From assembly GCA_964445105.1 (NCBI GenBank), contig CAYUJS010000006.1, positions 1-62,692 of the forward strand: a DNA stretch of 62,692 bases. The letters run 5' to 3'. The translations under genes were made by a program, and so were the position numbers. Positions within the stretch are counted from its first letter, which is position 1. Each line of letters starts with the position of its first letter. Source of the stretch: an uncultured bacterium (GTDB lineage: Bacteria > Chlamydiota > Chlamydiia > Chlamydiales > JAJFMA01). Below the pieces are notes generated by a model. It was not told the DNA's origin. It saw only the letters and a program-made list of their open reading frames with translations, and made no database searches. Of this stretch, positions 11,860 to 21,083 are shown one piece after another.

Positions 11860-12878
11860 TCTCCCATCAGAACTCCTGCGCCCGCTGCTATGTTTCGGGT
11901 GGCCATCTTCCCTTCCACTTGTGGTAAGAAGCTCGGGTGAAGCCCATGGGATTGATGGCCAGGCCGCAAGATAGCAATATTATGTCCTTCTCGGAAGAGC
12001 TCACCTACTGCCACGGGCTGGATCGTCTGAATACGACGCCGGCCGAAGTGGTACATCTCCTTTTCGACCTCTTGTACGCTCTTGTGAGCCGAGCCAAGCA
12101 TCAACTCCACCTGGCGGATCGCCTGCACCATTTCTTTCAATTCTTCAGCTGTGATCGCAAAAAAATGGTCTGGGCCTGGCAACCGATTGTCTAGGGTATA
12201 GTGCTTTTCGATGATAGTGGCGCCGAGAGCTACCGCGCCCAAAGGTGCATAGACAGGGTGTCTAGAATGGTCGGACAGGCCCACGGCTACATTAAAGCGC
12301 TCTTTTAAACGCACCATAGCACGCAAATTTACACTATCGGGCGGTGTAGGGTATTTTAACGTGCATTGCATCAAAGTAAGGTCTGTGCAACCTTCCTGGC
12401 GTAAAAGCTCCACTGCCCACGCGATGTCCTCCTCCTCAGATGCACCTGTGGAAAGGATCACAGGTTTTTTCGAACGCGCTGCCAATTGCAACAACCGCAA
12501 ATGACTCACTTCGTAGGAGGCTATCTTGTGAATTGGCACAAACGGATCAACCGCGACAAAATCAGCTGGGGAAAAGGGAGTAGATAAAAAGTCGATGCCT
12601 TTCTCCACACAATAAGCATGGAGTACAGCCACCATTTCATAGGGCATAGAGAGGTCGCGGAAGATGGAATGAATGTCTCCACCAATGCCATGACTAGCTA
12701 GATAAGCAACTGTGCCAGCATTGGGGGCGTAGACCGTCTCGGCACGATAGGTCTGGAACTTCACAGCATCAGCTTTCGCTTCAACGGCAACTTCGATCAG
12801 CCTCTTGGCCATTTCCAGGTCACGCTGCGGCGTCCCCATCCGCCAGTTTGACCCCGCCTCGGCTATAATATAGACCAC
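11850..12878 (-). CDS. N-acetylneuraminate synthase family protein (NeuB/SpsE/PseI) with SAF domain
   Basis: IIAEAGSNW, ADAVKFQT, STPFS, KIASYE, LSTG, GLSDHS, IEKHYTL, GPDH; GTG start after AGGAGG. Confidence 0.92.
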   Translation of the reverse strand: MVYIIAEAGSNWRMGTPQRDLEMAKRLIEVAVEAKADAVKFQTYRAETVYAPNAGTVAYLASHGIGGDIHSIFRDLSMPYEMVAVLHAYCVEKGIDFLSTPFSPADFVAVDPFVPIHKIASYEVSHLRLLQLAARSKKPVILSTGASEEEDIAWAVELLRQEGCTDLTLMQCTLKYPTPPDSVNLRAMVRLKERFNVAVGLSDHSRHPVYAPLGAVALGATIIEKHYTLDNRLPGPDHFFAITAEELKEMVQAIRQVELMLGSAHKSVQEVEKEMYHFGRRRIQTIQPVAVGELFREGHNIAILRPGHQSHGLHPSFLPQVEGKMATRNIAAGAGVLMGDWR

Positions 12879-12903
12879 AGAACCGCCTCCTGACGCTTGC
12901 CCA

Positions 12904-13704
12904 CTACCAGTAAACTTTTCCTGTCTTCACCAGCAACTCAGCCAACAAAAGCACGCCCACCCTGCGAGCGTTAGAAGTTACGACGAATTTAAAACCGAAA
13001 ATCGGGCAGTCTTGGATTCTGCTGATCTGTACTTGTAACGAGGGGCTCTGTCCAAACGCATTCGGAGGACCCTCGTGGACCAGAAGCACGCGCTCTAGCG
13101 CCGAAGGCAACCCAAGGGAAAAAAGCGCATTGCGCTCTTCTTCCCAAACCTTTGTCAACGCCTCGCATGTAGCACTCTGCTCTAGCGTTACCGCCACGCA
13201 CTGCACAGTCTGCTGACTCAAAGCGAGGCTCATCGCGTCTAGCGAGCAGCTGACTGCACTTGAAAGAGAGATAACTTGCCTGAGCTCTTGCTCCATACGC
13301 ACCCCTAGAGCGAGGTTTGGTCCGGCATTATTTGACCCTAGGCCTGGGCCCGACATGACGACCGCGCGCACCGCCTTTACCCCAAAAGCTTTCTGTAGTG
13401 GCTGCAAAGCGATCGCTAGAGCTGCAGAGGGTGCTGCAGGTAGCCCTATTACTAAAGGAGAAGCGGCGAGCTGTTGAAAATTCAGTTCAGGAACGATCAC
13501 CTGTCCGGCTCCTTCCACGATCCTTGGAGTCGCCTTAGAATGACCCGAAAAGTCGATCGCAAGGCAAACGGGTTCATCTCCTTTAGCGAGAAAGAACCAA
13601 GGATGCACCGCCAGCTCACGCTCGAGCTGACGGTGCATTGCAGTTGTCTGACCTATAACCGCTACCGCAATTTTATCGCGGTAGTGAAAGTCAGCATGCA
13701 TCAT
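12904..13704 (-). CDS. Degenerate aspartate-semialdehyde dehydrogenase-like protein (probably non-catalytic)
   Basis: KIAVAVIG...HPWF, IVPELN, ALAIALQPL..AFGV, LLAELLV scaffold of archaeal/chlamydial-type Asd; GATG and NC motifs are absent. Confidence 0.65.
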   Translation of the reverse strand: MMHADFHYRDKIAVAVIGQTTAMHRQLERELAVHPWFFLAKGDEPVCLAIDFSGHSKATPRIVEGAGQVIVPELNFQQLAASPLVIGLPAAPSAALAIALQPLQKAFGVKAVRAVVMSGPGLGSNNAGPNLALGVRMEQELRQVISLSSAVSCSLDAMSLALSQQTVQCVAVTLEQSATCEALTKVWEEERNALFSLGLPSALERVLLVHEGPPNAFGQSPSLQVQISRIQDCPIFGFKFVVTSNARRVGVLLLAELLVKTGKVYW

Positions 13705-14156
13705 CAGAAAGGAACATCTTCGTCAGCAGCGCTTTCTGAGAAGTCGCCACTATACATGGGACTAGCAGGCTGCGGCGCACGGACTGCGCCTGACTGCGCC
13801 TGGCCATACTGCGTTGTTCCCTGCTGACCTTCTGGCCGATCAGTACGTCCAAATGGGCTGAAGCGCAGGAACTCTGCACGCACGTCGAGCGCCACTTGCA
13901 CTGCACCATTTTTGTCTGTATAAGTGCGTGGAGGCTGCAGCTCGCCTACTAAGATAAGACCTTTACCTTTCGTCAGGTGAGGGAGCACGCGATCCCATTG
14001 GCTGCCCCATAGAGAAATCTGGTACCAAATCGTGACGTCTTTATCGCCCTTCTTAATATTCGTTGCCATGCGCAGTGTCGATACTTTCGTACCGTCCTGT
14101 GTCGATCTAGTTTCAACATCTGCGCCCAGGTGGCCAAAAATTTCTATAATATTCAT
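13704..14156 (-). CDS. ssb: Single-stranded DNA-binding protein
   Basis: MNIIEIFGHLGAD, OB fold, acidic tail DEDVPF; GAGG RBS. Confidence 0.95.
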   Translation of the reverse strand: MNIIEIFGHLGADVETRSTQDGTKVSTLRMATNIKKGDKDVTIWYQISLWGSQWDRVLPHLTKGKGLILVGELQPPRTYTDKNGAVQVALDVRAEFLRFSPFGRTDRPEGQQGTTQYGQAQSGAVRAPQPASPMYSGDFSESAADEDVPF

Positions 14157-14236
14157 GTTTTTCCTCATATTAGTAAAATTGATAGAACAACGAAACTGTA
14201 CCATGGGATAGTATATTGCAAAAACAGGATTTTATC

Positions 14237-15070
14237 ATGTCTGACAGAGATCTCCCCCGTTCGGTCGAAGAATGCCGCGCTACCCTTAAGCGCCACTATC
14301 AGGCGAGAGAACAAAGCCAAAAGCTACAAAATCATAGGATTCAACTAGATGATAAAATCGATGAACTTGCCCACCAAATCGATGCGGACCGCAAACTGTT
14401 TTTAAAAGAACACGCCAATGAAATGGGCAAACTCTTGGGCGCTAAACAATCGCTCATGCTGAAACTTAAGCAAACGAGGCTCGAGGTGGACCACCTACTC
14501 GACGCGGTCGAAGAGATGGAAGAGCGCTCTGGCTTGGTGACCGAGCGACTGGTAGACCTCTTGCTTAAAGACGACCCGTCTGCCGAGGCTAATTACAACT
14601 CTCTGCAGGCTCACAAAGATGACGCAAAGGGCGCCGCCCAGCAGCTCTCTGCCCTCGTACAAGCTCTTGCAAGTGTTCTAGACCGCTTGCGTTTAGCAGA
14701 CCAAACCACTCACAAAGCTACTGGCATTTGGCGTTTTCTTTCCTTGCCACGCGATCCCAGCCCTCATCTGCACCAAGTACAGGCTGCTGCTGCCGCGCTC
14801 ACTAACTTTAAAATCCCAGAACCCTGGCTATCGGCGGCAGATTCTGCCCAGCTCGAAACCATTGCACAGGCAATAAGCAAACAAACAGATCACCAGGCAA
14901 ATTTTCAAATACAACAAAAGGCTTGCGCCTCTCTTTTCCTAGAACTGGAAGAGCTTTACCAAAAAGCCCGCCAAGCCCAAGCTAGCGCTGAGCAAACCGC
15001 CAGCACAGCGCAAGAGAAATTACACCTATGGCTACTTGGCGAAGGATATAGCCAAGCGGCAGGTAGCTGA
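14237..15070 (+). CDS. Hypothetical coiled-coil protein
   Basis: Long Q/E/L/A-rich helical ORF filling the ssb-slc1 gap. Confidence 0.7.
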   Translation: MSDRDLPRSVEECRATLKRHYQAREQSQKLQNHRIQLDDKIDELAHQIDADRKLFLKEHANEMGKLLGAKQSLMLKLKQTRLEVDHLLDAVEEMEERSGLVTERLVDLLLKDDPSAEANYNSLQAHKDDAKGAAQQLSALVQALASVLDRLRLADQTTHKATGIWRFLSLPRDPSPHLHQVQAAAAALTNFKIPEPWLSAADSAQLETIAQAISKQTDHQANFQIQQKACASLFLELEELYQKARQAQASAEQTASTAQEKLHLWLLGEGYSQAAGS

Positions 15071-15083
15071 AGAGCAAAAATAA

Positions 15084-15120
15084 GCGCTTGCAAACAGCTC
15101 TAAAGGCTACTTGCAAGCGT
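15084..15120. terminator. Hairpin between convergent genes, probable slc1 terminator
   Basis: GCGCTTGCAA...TTGCAAGCGT stem; TTATTTTT follows on the minus strand. Confidence 0.65.
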
Positions 15121-15167
15121 ATTTGGTTTCGAATCGCGAATCTTACCAATTCTGGATCTGCAAATAA

Positions 15168-15677
15168 CTAGGCGCGAATAAATCCTGGACCCGGGCCTTG
15201 GGCCCCACCTTTGTACGGAAGTCCCTCTTGATTGTCCTTCTTGCGAGTTTTGTCGTCTCGGCCCTCTGCGACCTCGGTGCAAATCTTTCTCCACTTTTCG
15301 ATTGTCTCAACGTAGAGAGGAGCAAAGGCGCGCAGTGCGGAAGGGACAGCATGCTCCATGTCTATGGTGCAATGCAGCAAGATGAGCTCTTCTTTCACAG
15401 CCACGCCTACGCCACCACCAGCCATCTGGCCGCCAAGCATGGATCCTTCCAGCAAACGCTCGTACAGGTTCAAGCGAGCGGCATCATCGCGCGGAAGGCC
15501 GTCTAGTAGAGGAGAATAGAGATATAAACGCTTAGAATTGGGTTCATAAGTTAGATGAAGGGAAAATTCATCATCGATCCCCAAGATGCACGTGTTGTTT
15601 TCGTCAAACTCAAGCCCTTCCAGTCCAAGTTCTTTCCCGAATTCTTTCAAATTTTCCTTAGCATTATCGAACGACAT
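15168..15677 (-). CDS. slc1: Type III secretion chaperone, CesT/SycE family (Slc1, CT043-like)
   Basis: FDENNTCIL, FSLHLTYE, LYLYSPLLDGLP, LLEGSMLGGQMAGGGVGVA; ssb-slc1-glgX synteny. Confidence 0.92.
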   Translation of the reverse strand: MSFDNAKENLKEFGKELGLEGLEFDENNTCILGIDDEFSLHLTYEPNSKRLYLYSPLLDGLPRDDAARLNLYERLLEGSMLGGQMAGGGVGVAVKEELILLHCTIDMEHAVPSALRAFAPLYVETIEKWRKICTEVAEGRDDKTRKKDNQEGLPYKGGAQGPGPGFIRA

Positions 15678-15922
15678 ATCAACCTCCTAATTGGTCGCAA
15701 CCCCTGCGGTCACTTGATCACTTAATCGTCAGCCTATAAACAGACACCATATGGCAAGTAACTATGCCGCACGCTGCTATTTAAGTAAATCGGTAAGCTG
15801 GATGCGCGCTCGCGCCGCTCCTCGCTCATTAATTTTAAGGTAGTTCAAAAATGTTATGCAATTAATTTGAAGTAATATTTTTAAGATAATAGGATGGCGA
15901 GACAGAGCTGATCGAGAAAAGT

Positions 15923-17905
15923 ATGGATAAATTTTTACTTTCTGCTGGAAAGCCCTACCCACTGGGCGCTTGCAAAACCGCTAAGGGCTTCGCCTTTGCC
16001 CTAAGAGCGCCCGACGCCAAAACAGTGACGCTTTGCCTTTTTTCCTTGGATAATAGCGCGGAAAGATTAGAAATCGACTTAGACCCAGCCCTGCACCGCA
16101 CTCAAGACACATGGCATATCGAGGTTGAAAAACTTCAGCCAATTTTCGCCTACGGATATAAGGTAAACAGGGAGCCCCATATATTGCTGGATCCGTATGC
16201 AAAAGGGATCCACGCCCACCGCCACTGGTATGCAACGGACCGGCCCGTGCAGCAGGACCCGTATTTTTACCATCCGTTGGGCATCGTTCCGCCCGCTCAT
16301 TTTGATTGGGAAGGGATCGCAGCGCCCCCTTTGAAATTAGAGGAGCTTATCCTCTACGAGCTACACGTACGCGGATTCACCCAGCATGCTAGTAGCCGAA
16401 CGGTTAATCCCGGCACTTTTCTAGGCGTAATAGAAAAAATACCACATCTCAAAAAGCTTGGTATCAATGCAGTAGAGCTCATGCCCATCCATGAATTCAA
16501 CGAGATGGAGGGCAACCGTTGTTCGCTTATTGGCAGAAAACAGCTAGGCAATTACTGGGGCTACTCCAGCGTAAGTTTTTTTGCACCGATGAGTCGGTAT
16601 GCCGCCGGAGAGCTCTATGATGCTCCTTTGACCGAGCTAAAAACCCTAGTGAAGGAGCTACACCGCGCAGGCATCGCGGTGATTTTGGATGTGGTCTACA
16701 ACCATACTGCAGAAGGCAACCATCTAGGCCCTCTCTATTCCTTCAAAAAATTAGCTAATCGCAGCTACTACATCATGAACCCAGACGGCACCTACCAGAA
16801 CCATTCTGGCTGCGGGAATACCTTCAATTGCAATCAGGTATTAGCCCGACAACACATTCTAGACTCGTTGCGCTATTGGGTAACCGAATTCCACGTAGAT
16901 GGCTTTCGGTTCGATCTAGCATCCGTTCTCACCCGAGGTGACTCAGGAGAGCCATTGGCGCAGGCGCCTTTGCTGCAAGAGATCACACAAGACCCGGTTC
17001 TCTCTACTGTCAAATTTATAGCTGAGCCATGGGATATGGGGCTCTACCAGGTAGGCCAATTCCATATGCTGTCGGATAGCCGCTGGTCGGAGTGGAACGG
17101 CCGTTATCGCGATTCAGTAAGGCGCTTTATCGCTGGCCATGAAAATGCGTCCGGTGAGTTTGCCACGCGCCTCTGCGGCTCGAAAGATCTCTATTGGCAA
17201 GGCACCCCTCTCAACAGTCTAAACTTCGTGACTGCTCACGATGGCTTTACCCTGGCCGACCTTGTTTCCTACAACGGAAAGCACAACCAGGACAATGGGG
17301 AAGGCGATCGCGATGGGCTGAATGAGAACCTGAGCTGGAATTGTGGGCAAGAGGGGCCAACCGAGGACGCTACGATCCTGAGCCGCCGTCAAAGGCAGAT
17401 GCGCAACTTTCTTCTCGCCCTCATGCTATCCCGAGGGATACCCATGCTTTCGATGGGGGACGAATATGGCCATACCCGCCGCGGCAATAATAACCCTTGG
17501 AGCTGCGACGACGAAACCAACTGGTTCTGCTGGGACCAGCTTGCGCATCCGGAAAGCCAGCTGATGGTGAATTTTGTCACTCAGCTGATTGCCTTGCGCA
17601 AAACGCACCCCTGCCTTGCTAGCGGGCATTTTCTTACCGAGGACGATATCTGCTGGCACGGACTGGAACCACTTAGACCCAACTGGGGACCGCAAAATCG
17701 ATTTGTCGCCTTTACTTTGAAGGGTGCAGAAGAGTTGTACGTAGCTTTCAACGCCTCCCATGCACAGGTAGAGGCTAGACTGCCCGAGGGAAGAGCGTGG
17801 GAGTGTATCCTCAATACAGAAGGGCAAAACATACCGCTGGGTCCTACTGTCAGCATGCTGGAGCATTCGGCTATCGTGCTTCGGTCTAGCAGTGGCGGCT
17901 GCTAG
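15923..17905 (+). CDS. glgX: Glycogen debranching enzyme (isoamylase)
   Basis: GKPYPLGA, YELHVRGFT, NYWGYS, DVVYNHTAEG, DGFRFDLAS, AEPWD, FVTAHDGFTL. Confidence 0.96.
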   Translation: MDKFLLSAGKPYPLGACKTAKGFAFALRAPDAKTVTLCLFSLDNSAERLEIDLDPALHRTQDTWHIEVEKLQPIFAYGYKVNREPHILLDPYAKGIHAHRHWYATDRPVQQDPYFYHPLGIVPPAHFDWEGIAAPPLKLEELILYELHVRGFTQHASSRTVNPGTFLGVIEKIPHLKKLGINAVELMPIHEFNEMEGNRCSLIGRKQLGNYWGYSSVSFFAPMSRYAAGELYDAPLTELKTLVKELHRAGIAVILDVVYNHTAEGNHLGPLYSFKKLANRSYYIMNPDGTYQNHSGCGNTFNCNQVLARQHILDSLRYWVTEFHVDGFRFDLASVLTRGDSGEPLAQAPLLQEITQDPVLSTVKFIAEPWDMGLYQVGQFHMLSDSRWSEWNGRYRDSVRRFIAGHENASGEFATRLCGSKDLYWQGTPLNSLNFVTAHDGFTLADLVSYNGKHNQDNGEGDRDGLNENLSWNCGQEGPTEDATILSRRQRQMRNFLLALMLSRGIPMLSMGDEYGHTRRGNNNPWSCDDETNWFCWDQLAHPESQLMVNFVTQLIALRKTHPCLASGHFLTEDDICWHGLEPLRPNWGPQNRFVAFTLKGAEELYVAFNASHAQVEARLPEGRAWECILNTEGQNIPLGPTVSMLEHSAIVLRSSSGGC

Positions 17906-17906
17906 T

Positions 17907-18941
17907 TCAAAGGATGAGCATGGCATCACCGTAAGAAAAAAAACGAAATCTATCCTTTACCGCTTTCTGGTAGGCTTCGCGAATCAACTCTGGTCCCGCT
18001 AGAGCACTGACAAGCATCAATAAGGTAGAGCCGGGTAGGTGAAAATTTGTTAGCAGGCTCTGTACGTATTTAAATTGGTAGCCTGGATAGATATAAATAT
18101 CGGTCTCGTACTCTCCTGAGGAGATGATTCCGTCCGCAGAAGAGGCAGCTTCCAGAGTACGGCAACTGGTAGTGCCCACACAAATCTGGCGCTTACCCTT
18201 AGGCCTTTGGTTGAGCAGATGAGCTGTTTGTTGCGTGATCATGAACCGTTCTAAATGCATTTCATGTTGGCGAATATCATCGACCTGCACAGGCTGAAAA
18301 GTCCCCAAGCCCACGTGTAAGGTCACTTCACAGGTAGCGATCTGCTTTTCAGCAAGCCGTTGTAGCAAATTCTCAGTAAAATGCAAGCCAGCTGTAGGCG
18401 CAGCTACTGCCCCTTTCTGGCTTGCGTAGACGGTTTGGTAGCGCTGCTTGTCGGTAAACTGCTCCTCCGACCTATGAATATAGTGAGGAAGCGGCACCTG
18501 GCCGAACTGTTCAATTTGCTCCCAGGCATCGCCTGCCGTCAGGAGCCGTACCTGCTTACGCCCATCTTGCAAGTCGGCTACAATTTCACAAGCGAGCGTG
18601 TCAGAAACAGTGACCACACTACCCAGCCGCAGGCGCTTACCGGGCTTAGCCAACGCCTCCCAAACACCGCCTTCCAAAGGCTTAAGTAGAAAAATTTCTG
18701 CTTTACCTCCTCCGGCGCGCTTGCCAAGCAGGCGACAAGGAATCACTTTGGTATTGTTCATGACCAAGCTATCACCAGGCTCAAGCAGATCGGATAAATC
18801 CCGAAAAACCCTTTCTGAGATATTTCCCGAGGCCCGATCGACCACCATCAAACGAGAGGCATCCCGCGGCTCACAGGGCTGCTGCGCAATCAATTCTGGG
18901 GGTAATTCGAATTGGTAAGACTGTAAAGAATAAGGGTCCAT
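17907..18941 (-). CDS. queA: SAM:tRNA ribosyltransferase-isomerase
   Basis: LPPELIAQ, RYQTVYA, AAPTAGLHFT, LHVGLGTF, TNFHLP, FFSYGDAM. Confidence 0.98.
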   Translation of the reverse strand: MDPYSLQSYQFELPPELIAQQPCEPRDASRLMVVDRASGNISERVFRDLSDLLEPGDSLVMNNTKVIPCRLLGKRAGGGKAEIFLLKPLEGGVWEALAKPGKRLRLGSVVTVSDTLACEIVADLQDGRKQVRLLTAGDAWEQIEQFGQVPLPHYIHRSEEQFTDKQRYQTVYASQKGAVAAPTAGLHFTENLLQRLAEKQIATCEVTLHVGLGTFQPVQVDDIRQHEMHLERFMITQQTAHLLNQRPKGKRQICVGTTSCRTLEAASSADGIISSGEYETDIYIYPGYQFKYVQSLLTNFHLPGSTLLMLVSALAGPELIREAYQKAVKDRFRFFSYGDAMLIL

Positions 18942-18996
18942 AGCTTAGCGACCTGACAGCGGCAGTTGGCTGGTATAGCCAACTACCCTTTCAGAC

Positions 18997-19833
18997 TCAA
19001 GGAAACACCCTGGTGATCGCCGCATTTGACACCACCCCGCCCAAGATTTGACCAGCGTGCTGCCCGCTTTCAGCCTGCTTAACAGCTTCAGCCAAGGATA
19101 AGACTCCACGCTGGGTGCTCTCTTTTTTCCATTTTACAGGTACAAGCACAACATCATCAGGTGACTCTGCGGAGCGCCCTAAGACCATGTAGCGGGTCGC
19201 TAATAGTGCTTTATTTACGTCATCAGCTCTGGCAAACAGCCCTAGGCCAGCGTAGCCCGTCTGCTGGGCGTCGACATCCCAATGCTCATTTTTCGGGCGC
19301 TGCGTCTGATTATACACATTTGTCCGCTCCGCAATAGCAACCGCATTTAATGCCTCAGTAGGATAAGCTTGATCGATCTGAGTCCCTAGAACGGAGGCAA
19401 GGTAATCTTCCACATCGACCGTGTTTACGATGCTGAGCGTCAAAGAATCTCTAAAACCTTGGATGGTTAAGCTTCCTCGATAAGGAGTACCGTTCACCAT
19501 AAAGATGCTGTCCCTTCCAGTAGGCACCAGGGTAATTTTAAAGCGATCTAAAAATACTTCTCCCCAGGTTAGGCCCGCTGGCGTAGATTCGATCATACGA
19601 CATTTACCATGTACCCGACTGGAGTATTCACCGCCTTGCGCGTCCAGAATCGCATACTTGCCTTTGACTTCTAGCATTGCTTTTGGTAAGTCATGCACAA
19701 TCAGCGCTCGAACCGCCGGCGCCCGCTCTAATTGACGGGAATGTTTTACATTCGTGCGATCCCACAACGCCGCATCAGCTGTACAAACAAGTGTACAAAT
19801 AGCCCAGATTGCGATCCAAATTTGATTTTTCAT
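18997..19833 (-). CDS. SpoIID/LytB domain protein with signal peptide
   Basis: N-terminal signal; YRGSL, IVNTVDVEDYLASVL, EALNAVAIAERT; coupled to ruvB. Confidence 0.8.
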   Translation of the reverse strand: MKNQIWIAIWAICTLVCTADAALWDRTNVKHSRQLERAPAVRALIVHDLPKAMLEVKGKYAILDAQGGEYSSRVHGKCRMIESTPAGLTWGEVFLDRFKITLVPTGRDSIFMVNGTPYRGSLTIQGFRDSLTLSIVNTVDVEDYLASVLGTQIDQAYPTEALNAVAIAERTNVYNQTQRPKNEHWDVDAQQTGYAGLGLFARADDVNKALLATRYMVLGRSAESPDDVVLVPVKWKKESTQRGVLSLAEAVKQAESGQHAGQILGGVVSNAAITRVFP

Positions 19834-20852
19834 ACTGATATCCCCTCGTTATTTTTTTTCGGCACCTTCCTGCCCAGATGGCGGTAGGCCAATACCGTTG
19901 CCTCACGCCCTCGCGGAGTTCGCTTCATAAATCCTTGCAAAATCAAATAAGGCTCGTAGACCTCTTCCAGAGTAGATCGCTCTTCTCCAATTGCCACGGC
20001 AAGCGTTCCAAGGCCCACGGGGCCCCCTTGATAGTGGTCTATCAAAACTTCTAAAATCTTTTTATCTAGCTCATCTAAGCCACATGCGTCGATGGCTAGC
20101 ATTTCCAACGCGTCTTTTACCACCTGCGGGTCTACCCTCCCCTGGGTGCGCATTTGAGAGAAATCCCGTACCCAGCGCAACAGGTTATTGGCGACCCTTG
20201 GCGTGCCACGCGCACGCGCCGCAATCTCTTGCGCGCACTCGTCGTCAATCAATAGGTTTAAAATGCGACTTGTGCGCGTGACCACTCCTGCGAGTATGTG
20301 AGGAGGATAATAATTTAAACGACAGGTAATGCCAAAACGCGAGCGCAGCGGACCCGTGAGCAACCCCAGCCGCGTCGTCGCGCCGACCAAGGTGAATTTT
20401 TCGAGTTTCATCTGCACGCTGCGCGCATTGGGCCCGCTATCGATGATAAAGTCGACCACGTAATCTTCCATCGCGGGGTAGAGGTACTCCTCTACCGTGC
20501 GATTCAAGCGGTGAATCTCGTCTATGAAAAGGATATCGCCCTCTCGCAAGTTAGTCAAAATGCCCACGAGGTCGCCAGGCTTATCTATCGCCGGCCCCGA
20601 AGTGATCACAATATTCGTGCCCATAGCCTTCGCTAAGATATTGGCCAGTGTCGTTTTGCCCAGCCCAGGCGGACCGCTGAAAAGGCAGTGTGCCAACGGC
20701 TCAGCGCGCCCTCGCGCTGCGCCGATGAATACTTCAAGCCGCTCTCTTAAAGAGTCTTGCCCTAAAAAGTCGGTCAAGCTCTGCGGGCGTAAGGGCACCT
20801 CAAAAGCGTCGTCTTGCTTCACTAATGACGACTCGATGAATTTCTCTGTCAT
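19830..20852 (-). CDS. ruvB: Holliday junction DNA helicase RuvB
   Basis: LRPQSL.DFLGQ, GPPGLGKTTLA, FIDEIHRL, GATTR, RGTPRVAN, YEPYL. Confidence 0.98.
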   Translation of the reverse strand: MTEKFIESSLVKQDDAFEVPLRPQSLTDFLGQDSLRERLEVFIGAARGRAEPLAHCLFSGPPGLGKTTLANILAKAMGTNIVITSGPAIDKPGDLVGILTNLREGDILFIDEIHRLNRTVEEYLYPAMEDYVVDFIIDSGPNARSVQMKLEKFTLVGATTRLGLLTGPLRSRFGITCRLNYYPPHILAGVVTRTSRILNLLIDDECAQEIAARARGTPRVANNLLRWVRDFSQMRTQGRVDPQVVKDALEMLAIDACGLDELDKKILEVLIDHYQGGPVGLGTLAVAIGEERSTLEEVYEPYLILQGFMKRTPRGREATVLAYRHLGRKVPKKNNEGISV

Positions 20853-21083
20853 GTATCCACCGTCTAAAATCACCAACATTAAACGTTGGAAGCACGATTT
20901 TAAGCAAGCAAGGGAAAAAGCCGGCAGCAGCTCCTGCTAAAAAAGCCCCCTGCGGCCTATGCGCGATGGCCTTAAAAAAGGCAAATAGAAGAAAAAAAGC
21001 TCATTTTAATAATGAAAATCATATCGATTAATAATCAAAAATTATGTAAAATATAATCATAATACAATATATTTGGGATTTAA

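Noticed and set aside
15751..15768. TGGCAAGTAACTATGCC upstream of slc1 as a sigma54 promoter
   Set aside because: GG-to-GC spacing is 11 nt on both strands rather than 10
18961..18987. Hairpin between the SpoIID-domain gene and queA as a preQ1 riboswitch
   Set aside because: Simple stem-loop lacking the preQ1 loop consensus and A-rich tail
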